From Acetobacteraceae bacterium (GTDB lineage: Bacteria; Pseudomonadota; Alphaproteobacteria; Acetobacterales; Acetobacteraceae): a DNA stretch of 64,000 nt. The position numbers were made by a program, and so were the translations under genes. A model generated the notes under the pieces. It did no database searches. It saw only the letters and a list, made by a program, of their open reading frames with translations, and had not been told where the DNA came from. The DNA lies in the NCBI GenBank assembly GCA_947371015.1, contig CANBNK010000012.1:989-64988 (forward strand). The letters run 5' to 3'. How positions within the stretch are numbered: position 1 is the first letter of the stretch; each line of letters begins with the position of its first letter. Shown here piece after piece: positions 1-9,367 of this stretch.

Positions 1-1060
1 CCAGCGCCGAAGCCAGCCCGGCCGCCGCGCCGCTGCCGGCCAGCACCCGGCCCAGCAGCACATACAACAGCATGGCCACCGCCGGCCTTCGCGCCCGCGC
101 CAATGCCGGCCCCACCCGTGCCAGCGCCCCGCCGCGCCACAGCAGCCCCAACGCCACCAGCCACAGCACCACGGCCACATGCGTCAGCGGAAACCCCGGA
201 AACTCGGCGAAGGGCTGCAGCGCCGGCGGGTCGCGCCACAGCCGCGCCAGCAATATCCCCGCGGTCAGCAGCAGATAGGGCGCCGCCGCCCGCATCGGCC
301 CGCGCCAGCCGGTCGGCGGGTCCGCCCGCCACAGCGCCAGCCCCAGGCCCAGCCCGGTGGCCAGCATGCCGGCAATCTCGAACGGCAGATACAGGTTGGC
401 CAGCAGCAGCACCGCCGCCATCAGCCCCAGCATGCCCAGCTGCGCCAGCTTCTCGGCTGGCGAGACCACCACCCCGGCGCGCCGCATCAGCGCCCACAGC
501 AAGGGCGCCAGCAGCACCAGCCAGGCGGCGTTCGGCCAGGCGGCGACCAGCGCGATGTCATGCCCCGGCAGCCCTGCCAGCGCCGCGCCCAGCGCGGTGC
601 CCGGCCCCAGCCCGCCCCAGGGCACCAGCACCAGCGCCTGCAAGGCCAGCGCGCCACCCACGGCGCCCGCAATGCCCATGCCGCGCAACGCCGAGAGCGC
701 GAAGACCGCGCCCACCGCGAACCCCGTGACACTTTCCAGGAAGGCGCCCAGCGGCAGCGTCACCGCGAAGACCCGCGCCGCCGTGGCCGGTCGCGCCGCC
801 GCTGCCTCGCCGCCCGAAACCGCGGCATGGAACAGCAGCCCGCCCGCCACCACCGCCATTGGCTGCAAGGCGAGAAAGACGCCGCGCAGCGCCTCGGTGC
901 CGAAGAATCCGCCCAGCCCGGTCCCCGCGGGCAGGGAGGCGAGCGCCGCCGGCACCGCCAGCCCCAGCCCCACCAGGCAGGCGCCCACCGGCCCGGCGCG
1001 CCCGGTCGCCAGCAACAGCAGCAGCGCCAGCAGCGGCGCCGCCTGCAACCTCAGCCTCAT
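1..1060 (-). CDS. LctP-family (L-lactate/glycolate permease-like) membrane protein, partial; 3' end lies beyond the window
   Basis: Not in the ORF track because it runs off the edge. My translation of the minus strand from ATG 1060-1058 (MRLRLQAAPLLALLLLLATG...) stays open to base 1; I found no tta, cta or tca in that frame. GC3 is high and the product is polytopic and hydrophobic. The stretches LPLGAFLESVTGFAVGAVF and LVPWGGLGPGTALG resemble LctP permease motifs. The ATG overlaps the TGA of the upstream EamA gene (ATGA). Confidence 0.5.
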   Translation of the reverse strand, partial: MRLRLQAAPLLALLLLLATGRAGPVGACLVGLGLAVPAALASLPAGTGLGGFFGTEALRGVFLALQPMAVVAGGLLFHAAVSGGEAAAARPATAARVFAVTLPLGAFLESVTGFAVGAVFALSALRGMGIAGAVGGALALQALVLVPWGGLGPGTALGAALAGLPGHDIALVAAWPNAAWLVLLAPLLWALMRRAGVVVSPAEKLAQLGMLGLMAAVLLLANLYLPFEIAGMLATGLGLGLALWRADPPTGWRGPMRAAAPYLLLTAGILLARLWRDPPALQPFAEFPGFPLTHVAVVLWLVALGLLWRGGALARVGPALARARRPAVAMLLYVLLGRVLAGSGAAAGLASAL

Positions 1061-1929
1061 GCGGTGCCTGTCCTCGTCTGCCGCGCCAGCATCGCCTCGC
1101 GCCGGGTGATATAGACCGCGCTGCCGATGATCAGCACCGCGCCCAGCCCCAGCCAGGCGTCCGGCACCTCGCCGAACAGCAGCACGCCGCTGCCGGTGGC
1201 GAAGATCAGCCGCGAATAACCGATGGGCGACAGCACGGAGGCATCCGCCAGCCGCAGCGCCGAAATCCACACGAACATCGCTGCCGGCCCCACCACCGCC
1301 AGCGCCAGCAGCAGCCCGGCGTCGCGCCAGCCGGTCCAGGCCAGGTTGGGCAGGCCGAAGGGCAGGGCCGCCGCCACGCTGACCAGGCCGATGTAGCACA
1401 TGATGGTCTGGGTCTTTTCGCTCTTGGCCAAATGCCGCGTGGTCAGCGTGATGGCGGCACTGGCCAGCGCCGACAGCAGGCTCGCCGCCAGCGGCCAGCT
1501 CAACGGCACGCTGCCCGGCCGCACGATCGCCAGCACGCCGCAGAAGCCGACCAGCGCCGCGCTCCAGCGCCGCCAGCCGACGCGTTCCCCCAGCACCGGC
1601 CCGGCCAGCGCGGTGACGAACAGCACGGCGGAAAACCCCAGCGTGGTGGCCGTGGCCAGCGGCAACCGCGAGAAGGCGAAAAAGTAAAAGCCCCAGGTGC
1701 CGACCGAAAGGCAGCCGCGGAATACCTGCATGCCCGGCTGGCTGGTCCGCAGCAGCCCGACCCCATGCGTCAGCAGCGCCGGCACTACGAACAGCAACTG
1801 CCCCAGCGCGCGGTCCAGCACGATGACGCTGACCGGCAAATGCCCCAGCGCCTTGCCCAGCACGGTTTCCAGGTTGAAGCCGAAGGCCGCCACCACGGTC
1901 AGCAGCGCCGCACGCACCAGCGGATTCAT
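1057..1929 (-). CDS. EamA/DMT-family transporter
   Basis: 290-aa ORF that is hydrophobic throughout, with about 10 TM segments in two similar halves. Composition is typical of EamA (drug/metabolite transporter) proteins. The stop overlaps the start of the next gene. Confidence 0.85.
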   Translation of the reverse strand: MNPLVRAALLTVVAAFGFNLETVLGKALGHLPVSVIVLDRALGQLLFVVPALLTHGVGLLRTSQPGMQVFRGCLSVGTWGFYFFAFSRLPLATATTLGFSAVLFVTALAGPVLGERVGWRRWSAALVGFCGVLAIVRPGSVPLSWPLAASLLSALASAAITLTTRHLAKSEKTQTIMCYIGLVSVAAALPFGLPNLAWTGWRDAGLLLALAVVGPAAMFVWISALRLADASVLSPIGYSRLIFATGSGVLLFGEVPDAWLGLGAVLIIGSAVYITRREAMLARQTRTGTA

Positions 1930-1963
1930 GGCGCCCGGCCCCTGCTTCCGGCCGGCTGCGGGT

Positions 1964-2290
1964 TCAGCGCGCCGGCGGCGGCGCGGCAGGCGTCGCCGGT
2001 GGGGCGTTGGCCGGCGCGGCCGCCTCGCCGCCCTGGCTCGGCCGCGGCCCGGGCAGGCCGCGCGTGCGCGTCGGCGTGCCGGGGTAGCTGCGGTTCCGCG
2101 CGGCGCGGCGCTGCAACTCGGCCCGGCGCTGCGCCGTCGTCATGCTCTCCGAGGAGCGCAGATCCTGCCCGGTATTCCAGCCCTGGCCGGAGACGACGCC
2201 GGAACTGGTCGGCGTACGGCTGCCGCTCTGCGCCCCGGCCGGCAGCGCCAGCCAGGGCAGCACGGCAACGGCAAGAATGACACGGCGCAT
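1964..2290 (-). CDS. small secreted hypothetical protein (Pro/Ala/Arg-rich C-terminus)
   Basis: Internal ATG at 2290 gives MRRVILAVAVLPWLALPAGAQ, a clear signal peptide with an AxA-like cleavage site. No recognisable domain. Confidence 0.45.
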   Translation of the reverse strand: MRRVILAVAVLPWLALPAGAQSGSRTPTSSGVVSGQGWNTGQDLRSSESMTTAQRRAELQRRAARNRSYPGTPTRTRGLPGPRPSQGGEAAAPANAPPATPAAPPPAR

Positions 2291-2374
2291 GGCATGACCC
2301 CCCAATCCCGGCGCGAGCCTCCGCCCGCCTGCGGTGGAAAGCATCACACCGCGCCGCCCAACGCAACTTGCGCG

Positions 2375-3505
2375 CTACAGGCTCTGCAACAACCCGCACA
2401 ACAGCTTGGCGCGCGGCACCAGGCAGTCCACCAGCAGGTGCTCTTCGAGTGTATGGCCGCCGGCGCCCTGCACGCCCAAGCCGTCCAGCGTCGGGATGCC
2501 CATCGCCCCGGTGAAGTTGCCGTCCGAGCCACCGCCGGCCGACTGGTGCTCGATATCGAAGCCGATGCGCTGGGCAATGCCGCGCGCCACGCCATACAGC
2601 GCCATCACCTTCGCATCCGGCTCCCACACCGGGCGGGTCACGCCGCGGGTCACGGTCAGCTGCACGTCGTTGCCGGTGGCCTGCAGCCCCAGCATCACCT
2701 CCACCGCGCGGTCCAGGTCCTCCTGCCGCTTGGCCATGGACAGGCTCTCGGCGTCGCAATGCGTGGTGACGCAGTTCACCCATTGCCCGCCGCCGATGAC
2801 GCCGACCGAATAGGTCACGTCGTCGGTCGTCAGGTCCTCGATCTTGACCACCTGGCGGCACATCTCGCGGATCGCGCTGCGGCCATCCGCCAGCCGCGCC
2901 CCGGCATGGCTGGGCTTGCCGGTGGTGCGCAGGTTGAAGCGGGCAATGGCATAGCGCCCGGTCACCACGCCGCCATTCGGCCGCGCCGGCTCCGGCACCA
3001 GCACAAAGGCATGCCGCGCCGCCTCGGCCTCGATCAGGTCGCGTGAGGACGGGCTGCCGATTTCCTCATCACAGGTGAACAGCACCGTGACCGGCCGGCT
3101 GGTGGTGATGCCCGCCCGCACCAGCTGGCGAATGGCCTCCAGCGCGATGTAGTTGCCGCCCTTCATGTCATAGACGCCGGGGCCGTACAGCTTGTTGCCC
3201 TCCTGCCGCCACGGCAGCGGCTGCAGCGTGCCCATCGGGTGCACCGTATCCAGGTGGCCCATCACCAGGATGCCCTTCTCGGTGCCGGCCAGCGGATGCG
3301 GGAAGGTGGCGCGCACGCAATCGCCGAAGCCCATCCGCCCCGGAATCGTCTCCACCCGCGCGCCGAGCAGCGCCAGCTCCCGCGCCGCAATCGCCATCAT
3401 GCGGTTCACCGCGGCGGCGTCGAAGGTCGGGCTTTCGCAGCACACCCAGGGCTTGAGCCCCGCGATGATCTCGCTGGTGTCGAAGGGCAGGTCGAGGACG
3501 GTCAT
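2375..3505 (-). CDS. M20-family metallopeptidase (glutamate carboxypeptidase / carboxypeptidase G2-like)
   Basis: 376 aa. Contains GHLDTVHP, GPGVYDMKGG and FTCDEEIGSP, the characteristic metal-binding and catalytic motifs of M20 peptidases. Confidence 0.85.
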   Translation of the reverse strand: MTVLDLPFDTSEIIAGLKPWVCCESPTFDAAAVNRMMAIAARELALLGARVETIPGRMGFGDCVRATFPHPLAGTEKGILVMGHLDTVHPMGTLQPLPWRQEGNKLYGPGVYDMKGGNYIALEAIRQLVRAGITTSRPVTVLFTCDEEIGSPSSRDLIEAEAARHAFVLVPEPARPNGGVVTGRYAIARFNLRTTGKPSHAGARLADGRSAIREMCRQVVKIEDLTTDDVTYSVGVIGGGQWVNCVTTHCDAESLSMAKRQEDLDRAVEVMLGLQATGNDVQLTVTRGVTRPVWEPDAKVMALYGVARGIAQRIGFDIEHQSAGGGSDGNFTGAMGIPTLDGLGVQGAGGHTLEEHLLVDCLVPRAKLLCGLLQSL

Positions 3506-3707
3506 CGGCAGCTCCGGTTCCGGAGCCTGATCGGCGCCGGCGGAATCGCCGCACGCCGCGCATCAGTCTCCCAATGGGTTGCAACCCTGCGGCCGGTGGC
3601 GCGCCGCGGCAAGAGGCCGCAGACTACAGCCGTTGTCTGGAGACTGATTCACCGCTCCGGCGATTCCGCCTGCGCGGATCAGGCTCCCCGCTGCAATGGA
3701 GGCTCAG

Positions 3708-4460
3708 ATGCGGCTGCTGCTGGCGAATGCGAACACCACGGAAGCGATCACCCAGCTCTGCGCCACGGCGGCGCGCGCGGCGGCGGCCCCGGGCACGCAG
3801 ATCATCCCCGCCACGCCGCGCTTCGGCCCCGCCGTCATCAGCAGCCGGGTGGAGGACGCGATCGCCGCGCATGGCCTGCTGGACCTGCTGGCTGGCTATG
3901 CCGGTCAGGTGGAGGCCGTGGTGCTGGCGGTCTCGCTCGATACCGCGCTGGAAGCCGCCCGCCAGCTGATGCCCTGCCCGGTGGTCGGCATGACCGAGGC
4001 CGCCTGCTTCACCGCCTGCCTCAGCGGCGGCCGCTTCGGCCTGGTGACGGTGGGCGGGGTGGAAAGCTACCGCGACCGCATCGCGGCACACGGCCTGGCC
4101 GGGCGGCTGGCAGGGCTGGCCGGCGTCGCCGCCAGCGCGCAGGACGCGGTGCGAGACCCCGAGGCCGTGGCCGCGCTGCTGCTGCCGGAGATCGAGCGCC
4201 TGGCCCGCGAGGGCGCCGACAGCGTCATCCTCGGTGGCGCCGCCATGGCCGGCATGGCCGCCTGGTTGCAGGCCCGCACCTCCGTGCCGCTGCTGGACGG
4301 CATCGCCTGCGCGGTGAAGCAGGCCGAGGCGCTGGCCGCGCTCAACCTGCCCAAGCCCGGCCAGGGCAGCTTCGCCGCGCCGCGCGGGCGGGACAGCCTG
4401 GGCCTGTCACCCGCGCTGGCGGCACTGTTGCAGACCGGCGGCAAAAGCGGCGCGGCTTGA
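3708..4460 (+). CDS. Asp/Glu/hydantoin racemase-family protein
   Basis: MRLLLANANTTEAIT..., two conserved Cys regions (MTEAAC and DGIACAV) and a size of about 250 aa fit the hydantoin/allantoin racemase family. The start at 3708 is preferred because GGAGG lies 5 nt upstream. Confidence 0.8.
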   Translation: MRLLLANANTTEAITQLCATAARAAAAPGTQIIPATPRFGPAVISSRVEDAIAAHGLLDLLAGYAGQVEAVVLAVSLDTALEAARQLMPCPVVGMTEAACFTACLSGGRFGLVTVGGVESYRDRIAAHGLAGRLAGLAGVAASAQDAVRDPEAVAALLLPEIERLAREGADSVILGGAAMAGMAAWLQARTSVPLLDGIACAVKQAEALAALNLPKPGQGSFAAPRGRDSLGLSPALAALLQTGGKSGAA

Positions 4461-4506
4461 CGCGAGGCGCTGAAGCGCCACTCTGCGCCGAACGAGGAAA
4501 CGCCCC

Positions 4507-5484
4507 ATGCAACGACGCACCCTTCTGGCCGGGATCGCCTTGCCGCTGGCCGCGCCTGTCGCCGCCCGCGCCCAGGCGAGCGGGCAGCGCTTCCCCGACC
4601 ACCCCATCCGCATCATCTCGCCCTATCCGCCCGGCGGCGGCACCGACACGTCCGCCCGGCTGATGGCGCCGCACCTGACCGAGTTCCTCGGCCAGCCCAT
4701 CGTCATCGAGAACCGCGGCGGCGCCGCCGGTGCCCTTGGCGCCGCCGTGGTCGCGGAAACCCCACCCGACGGCTACACCCTGCTGGTTGACAGCCTCGGC
4801 CATGTGGTCAACCCGCATATCCTGAAGAACCTGCGCTTCGACTACGCCACCGCCTTCGCGCCGGTCTCCCTGCTGGTGGTGCTGCCGCAATTCCTGGTCA
4901 TCCCAGCCAGCATCCCCGCCAATACCGTCGCCGAGTTCCTCGCCTGGTGCCGCGCCCGGCCGGGGCAGCTTTCCTACGGCTCGTCGGGCAACGGCACCGG
5001 CGCGCACCTGGCCGCGCTGCTCTTCGTGCGGGAGGCGGGGCTGGACCTGACCCACGTGCCCTATCGCGGCGGCAGCGCCGTGATCCCCGACCTGGTCGCC
5101 GGCAATGTCAGCTTCGCCTTCGCCACCGTCAGCACCAGCATGGCGCTGATCCAGGATGGCCGGCTGAAGGCCCTGGCCGTGACCTACAAGGACCGCCTGC
5201 CCAGCATGCCCAACGTGCCGACCACGCGCGAGCTCGGCATGCCCCGGGTGGACGTGGACGAGTGGAATGCGATGTACGCCCGCGGCGGCACGCCCGCGCC
5301 GATCCTGGCCCGGCTGCACGCCGCCGCCGCGCATGCGCTCGCACAGCCCAACGTGCAGCAGCGCTTCACCCAGCTGGGCGGCCTGATCGTCAACAGCAGC
5401 ATGGCGGAAGCCGCCGCCTTCGTGGCCGAACGCCGCGAAGCCATGGGCCGGCTGGTACGCGAAGCGCAGGTGGTGGTGGAATGA
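4507..5484 (+). CDS. Bug/TctC-family tripartite tricarboxylate transporter substrate-binding protein
   Basis: Signal peptide followed by the hallmark [19 protein letters not shown]. 325 aa. Confidence 0.9.
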   Translation: MQRRTLLAGIALPLAAPVAARAQASGQRFPDHPIRIISPYPPGGGTDTSARLMAPHLTEFLGQPIVIENRGGAAGALGAAVVAETPPDGYTLLVDSLGHVVNPHILKNLRFDYATAFAPVSLLVVLPQFLVIPASIPANTVAEFLAWCRARPGQLSYGSSGNGTGAHLAALLFVREAGLDLTHVPYRGGSAVIPDLVAGNVSFAFATVSTSMALIQDGRLKALAVTYKDRLPSMPNVPTTRELGMPRVDVDEWNAMYARGGTPAPILARLHAAAAHALAQPNVQQRFTQLGGLIVNSSMAEAAAFVAERREAMGRLVREAQVVVE

Positions 5485-5554
5485 CGACCCCGAGCGCTTG
5501 CACGCCCCGCCTATTCATCTCATATGTAATCAATCATATCCAGGGAGCCTCGCC

Positions 5555-6871
5555 ATGAACGTCGCGCTGTCGCCCAGCCTGGTGCAGGGCACCGAAGCCG
5601 GCTTGCTCTCCGGCTTCGGCAATGAATTCGCCACCGAGGCCCTGCCCGGCGCGCTGCCGCTGGGCGCCAACAGCCCGCAGCGTGTGCCCTACGGCCTCTA
5701 TGCCGAACAGCTCAGCGGTACCGCCTTCACCGTGCCGCGCACCGAAGCCCGCCGCACCTGGATGTATCGCATCCGCCCCAGCGCCGGCCACGGCGCCTTC
5801 CGCCGCATCGACAACGGCGCGCTCTGCGGCCCGCTGGCCCCGCACAACCCCAACCGCCTGCGCTGGAACCCGCTGCCGCTGCCGAGCACGCCCACCGACT
5901 TCATCGCCGGCCTGACCACCCTGGGCCTGACCGGCGCGCCGGACGCGCCACACGGCATCAGCGTCCACCTCTACGCCGCCAACCAATCCATGCAGCGCGT
6001 CTTCATGGACGCGGACGGCGAACTGCTGATCGTCCCGCAACTCGGCCGCCTGCTGGTCGCCACCGAATGCGGCCGGCTGGAAGTCCGCCCCGGCGAACTC
6101 CTCGTCATCCCCTGCGGCATGAAGTTCCGCGTGGAGCTGCCGGATGGCGAAGCGCGCGGCTACATCGCGGAAAACCACGGCGCCGCCTTCCGCCTGCCGG
6201 ACCTCGGCCCCATCGGCGCCAACGGCTTGGCCAATCCGCGCGACTTCCTCAGCCCGGTCGCTTGGTACGAGGACCGCGACGAAGCCACAGAGCTGGTGCA
6301 GAAATACCAGGGCGCGCTCTGGGCCACCACGCTGGCCTGGTCACCGCTGGATGTCGTCGCCTGGCACGGCAACAACGCACCCTACAAATACGACATGGCC
6401 CGCTTCATGGCCATCAACACGGTCAGCTTCGACCACCCTGACCCCAGCATCTTCACCGTGCTGACCAGCCCGACCGACACCGCCGGCCTGGCCAACATGG
6501 ACTTCGTTATTTTCCCGCCGCGCTGGCTGGTGGCGGAAAACACGTTCCGCCCGCCCTGGTTCCACCGCAACACCATGAACGAGTGCATGGGCCTGGTGCA
6601 CGGCGTCTATGACGGCAAGGCGGAAGGCTTCCTCCCCGGCGGCGTCTCGCTCCACCCGCGGATGAGCGCACACGGCCCCGACGCCCCCACCACGCAGCGC
6701 GCCATCGCAGCAGACCTGAAGCCGCACAAGCTGGAAGGCACACTGGCCTTCATGTTCGAGACCTCGGGCGTGCTGCGCCCCACCGAAGCTTTCATGAGTG
6801 GCCCCCACCTGCAATCCAACTATGACGCCGCCTGGGCGGGACTGCCAAAAACCTTCACCGGAGCACGCTGA
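5555..6871 (+). CDS. hmgA: homogentisate 1,2-dioxygenase
   Basis: [44 protein letters not shown] and WFHRNTMNE are diagnostic HmgA sequence. ATG 5555 is preceded by CAGGGAG. Confidence 0.95.
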   Translation: MNVALSPSLVQGTEAGLLSGFGNEFATEALPGALPLGANSPQRVPYGLYAEQLSGTAFTVPRTEARRTWMYRIRPSAGHGAFRRIDNGALCGPLAPHNPNRLRWNPLPLPSTPTDFIAGLTTLGLTGAPDAPHGISVHLYAANQSMQRVFMDADGELLIVPQLGRLLVATECGRLEVRPGELLVIPCGMKFRVELPDGEARGYIAENHGAAFRLPDLGPIGANGLANPRDFLSPVAWYEDRDEATELVQKYQGALWATTLAWSPLDVVAWHGNNAPYKYDMARFMAINTVSFDHPDPSIFTVLTSPTDTAGLANMDFVIFPPRWLVAENTFRPPWFHRNTMNECMGLVHGVYDGKAEGFLPGGVSLHPRMSAHGPDAPTTQRAIAADLKPHKLEGTLAFMFETSGVLRPTEAFMSGPHLQSNYDAAWAGLPKTFTGAR

Positions 6872-6875
6872 GACC

Positions 6876-8162
6876 ATGAGCCTCGACGCCACGCACGACC
6901 CCAAGCTGAAGAGCTGGGTCACCTCGGCCAATGGCCATGCCGAATTCCCCATCCAGAACCTGCCGCTCGGCGTGTTCTCGGTGAAGGACGGGCCGAAGCG
7001 TGGCGGCGTCGCCATCGGCGACCGCATCCTGCCGCTGGCGGAAGCGGTGCCGCACCTGAAGGGCGCAGCGAAGAAGGCCGCCAAGGCCGGTGCCGGCGCC
7101 ACGCTGAACGCGCTGTTCGCGATGGGGCCGGGGGCGCGCCAGGCGCTGCGCACCGGCCTCTCAGCGTTGCTGGCCAAGGGCAGCGAAGCCCGGCCGGATC
7201 TGGTGAAGCTGAAGGACGCCACGCTGCATATGCCCGCGAGCATCGGCGACTACACGGACTTCTTCGCCGGCATCAACCACGCCACCAATGCCGGCAAGCA
7301 GTTCCGCCCCGACACGCCCTTGCTGCCCAACTACAAGCACGTCCCCGTCGCCTATCACGGCCGGGCCAGCAGCATCCGCCCCAGCGGCACCCCGGTGCTG
7401 CGCCCCAACGGCCAGCGCAAGCCGGCCAGCGAGCCGGAGCCCAGCGTCGGCCCCAGCCGCAACCTGGACTACGAAATGGAGTTCGGCGTCTGGATCGGCA
7501 GCGGCAATGCGCAGGGCGAGCCCATCGCCATCGCCGACGCGGCCAACCACATCGCCGGCTACTGCCTGCTGAACGACTGGTCCGCGCGCGACATCCAGGG
7601 CTGGGAAGCCCAGCCGCTCGGCCCCTTCCTGGCCAAGAATTTCTGCACGTCCATCTCCCCCTGGGTGGTCACGCCGGAAGCGCTCGCCCCGTTCCGCGCC
7701 GCCCAGCCGCCGCGCCCGGAGGGCGACCCGCAGCCCTTCCCCTATTTGTGGGACGAGGCCGACCAGGCCGCCGGCGCGCTCGACTGCGAACTGGAAGTGC
7801 TGCTGCTGACGCCGGCGATGAAGAAGGCCAAGGAAAAGCCCACGCGCCTGTCGCTGGCCAACACCACGCACCTGTACTGGACCTTCGCCCAGATGGTCGC
7901 GCACCACACCGTCGGCGGCTGCAACCTCAACCCCGGCGACCTGTTCGGCAGTGGCACCATCAGCAGCACCACCGAGGACGGCTTCGGCGCCCTGCTGGAA
8001 ATAACCCAGGGCGGCCGCAAGCCCATCACCCTGCCGAACGGCGAAACGCGCCGCTTCCTGGAAGACGGCGACGAGATCATTTTTCGCGCCCGCTGCACGC
8101 GCGAAGGCGCCGCCCCCATCGGCTTCGGCGAATGCCGCGGCGTGATCCTGCCGGCACGATGA
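6876..8162 (+). CDS. fahA: fumarylacetoacetase
   Basis: An N-terminal FAH_N-like region (FPIQNLPLGVF) and a C-terminal FAH fold (DYEMEFGVWIG, GDLFGSGTIS). The gene begins 5 nt after the hmgA stop. Confidence 0.9.
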   Translation: MSLDATHDPKLKSWVTSANGHAEFPIQNLPLGVFSVKDGPKRGGVAIGDRILPLAEAVPHLKGAAKKAAKAGAGATLNALFAMGPGARQALRTGLSALLAKGSEARPDLVKLKDATLHMPASIGDYTDFFAGINHATNAGKQFRPDTPLLPNYKHVPVAYHGRASSIRPSGTPVLRPNGQRKPASEPEPSVGPSRNLDYEMEFGVWIGSGNAQGEPIAIADAANHIAGYCLLNDWSARDIQGWEAQPLGPFLAKNFCTSISPWVVTPEALAPFRAAQPPRPEGDPQPFPYLWDEADQAAGALDCELEVLLLTPAMKKAKEKPTRLSLANTTHLYWTFAQMVAHHTVGGCNLNPGDLFGSGTISSTTEDGFGALLEITQGGRKPITLPNGETRRFLEDGDEIIFRARCTREGAAPIGFGECRGVILPAR

Positions 8163-9202
8163 GCACCGTCTCCGCCGCCACGCTGCGCGACTTCATCACC
8201 CGCATCTACGTGGCAGCCGGCGTGCCGGAAGCGGACGCCCACACGGTCGCGACGCTGATGACCGAAGCGGACCTGAACGGTGCCGACAGCCACGGCGTCT
8301 TCCGCCTGCCGCAATACGTGCGCCGCATGCTGGCCGGCGGCATGAACCCGCATGCCCGCCCGCACATCGTCGAGGAACGCGCCGCCAGCGCGCTGATCGA
8401 TGGCGACAACGGCCTCGGCCACCTCGCCGTCTCGCTGGCCGCTGAGACCGCCATCGCCAAGGCGAAGACGGCCGGCGTCGCCTGGTGCGGCGTCCGCAAC
8501 GGCAACCACGCCGGCCCCGCCAGCCTCTACGCCCGCATGCCGATGCAGGCGGGCATGATCGGCATGTACATGGCGGTCGGCAGTGCCAACCACCTGCCGC
8601 CCTGGGGCGGGCTGGAACTGTTACTTTCTACCAACCCCATCGCCATCGCTGTGCCGGCGGAGGAAGAGACGGATGTGGTGCTGGACATGGCCACCACCGT
8701 CGCCGCCTACGGCAAGGTAAAAGTAAAAGCCCAGCGCGGCGAGATGATGCCCGAAGGCTGGATGATCGACCGCCAGGGCAACCCGCTACTGGACCCCAAG
8801 CGCGCGAATGAGGGCCTGCTGCTGCCGATCGGCGGCTACAAGGGTTACGGCCTGGCGCTGATGCTCGGCCTGCTGGCCGGCACGCTGAACGGCGCCGCCA
8901 TGGGCCGCGACGTGGTGGACTTCAACGCCGACGACACCAGCGTCACCAACACCGGCCAGGCCATCCTCGCCATCGACATTTCCGCGTTCGGCGACCCCGC
9001 GCTGTTCCGCCGCAACGTGGACCACCTGGTGCGAGACCTGCGCGACAGCGAACGCCTGCCGGGCACCGAGCGCATCTGGATGCCCGGCGAGCAAAGCGCC
9101 CTCAAGCGCCGCGAACGCGAAGCCGATGGCATCCCAATGCCGCCGCCGCTGCGTGCGGTGCTGGATACGCTGGCCGACCAGGTCGGCACGACGCGGCTTT
9201 AG
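8159..9202 (+). CDS. Ldh_2-family (malate/L-lactate/ureidoglycolate-type) NAD(P)H-dependent oxidoreductase
   Basis: DSHGVFRLPQYV, STNPIAIAVP and LLPIGGYKGYGLALM are typical Ldh_2 motifs. The start overlaps the fahA stop (ATGA). Confidence 0.85.
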   Translation: MSTVSAATLRDFITRIYVAAGVPEADAHTVATLMTEADLNGADSHGVFRLPQYVRRMLAGGMNPHARPHIVEERAASALIDGDNGLGHLAVSLAAETAIAKAKTAGVAWCGVRNGNHAGPASLYARMPMQAGMIGMYMAVGSANHLPPWGGLELLLSTNPIAIAVPAEEETDVVLDMATTVAAYGKVKVKAQRGEMMPEGWMIDRQGNPLLDPKRANEGLLLPIGGYKGYGLALMLGLLAGTLNGAAMGRDVVDFNADDTSVTNTGQAILAIDISAFGDPALFRRNVDHLVRDLRDSERLPGTERIWMPGEQSALKRREREADGIPMPPPLRAVLDTLADQVGTTRL

Positions 9203-9367
9203 CAGGTTGCGGAAAAGCCCTGTCTCCGGCCTCGCCGCGCCTCTATCCGTCATGGCCGGGCTTGACCCGGCCATCTGACTCACCGAACTCGCATGGTACG
9301 AGATGCACGGGTCAAACCCGGGCATGACCGGAAAAAGATGCAGAACGCGCTCTTCCGCAACCTGCTA
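9200..9367. repeat. 168-bp palindromic MITE/REP-like element between convergent genes
   Basis: Terminal inverted repeats TAGCAGGTTGCGGAAAAG (9200-9217) and the reverse complement of 9350-9367, TAGCAGGTTGCGGAAGAG, match at 17 of 18 positions. Inside are two inverted copies of a ~26-nt unit: GTCATGGCCGGGCTTGACCCGGCCATC at 9249-9275 (perfect 9-bp stem, 9252-9274) and a diverged inverted copy at 9305-9330. Confidence 0.6.
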
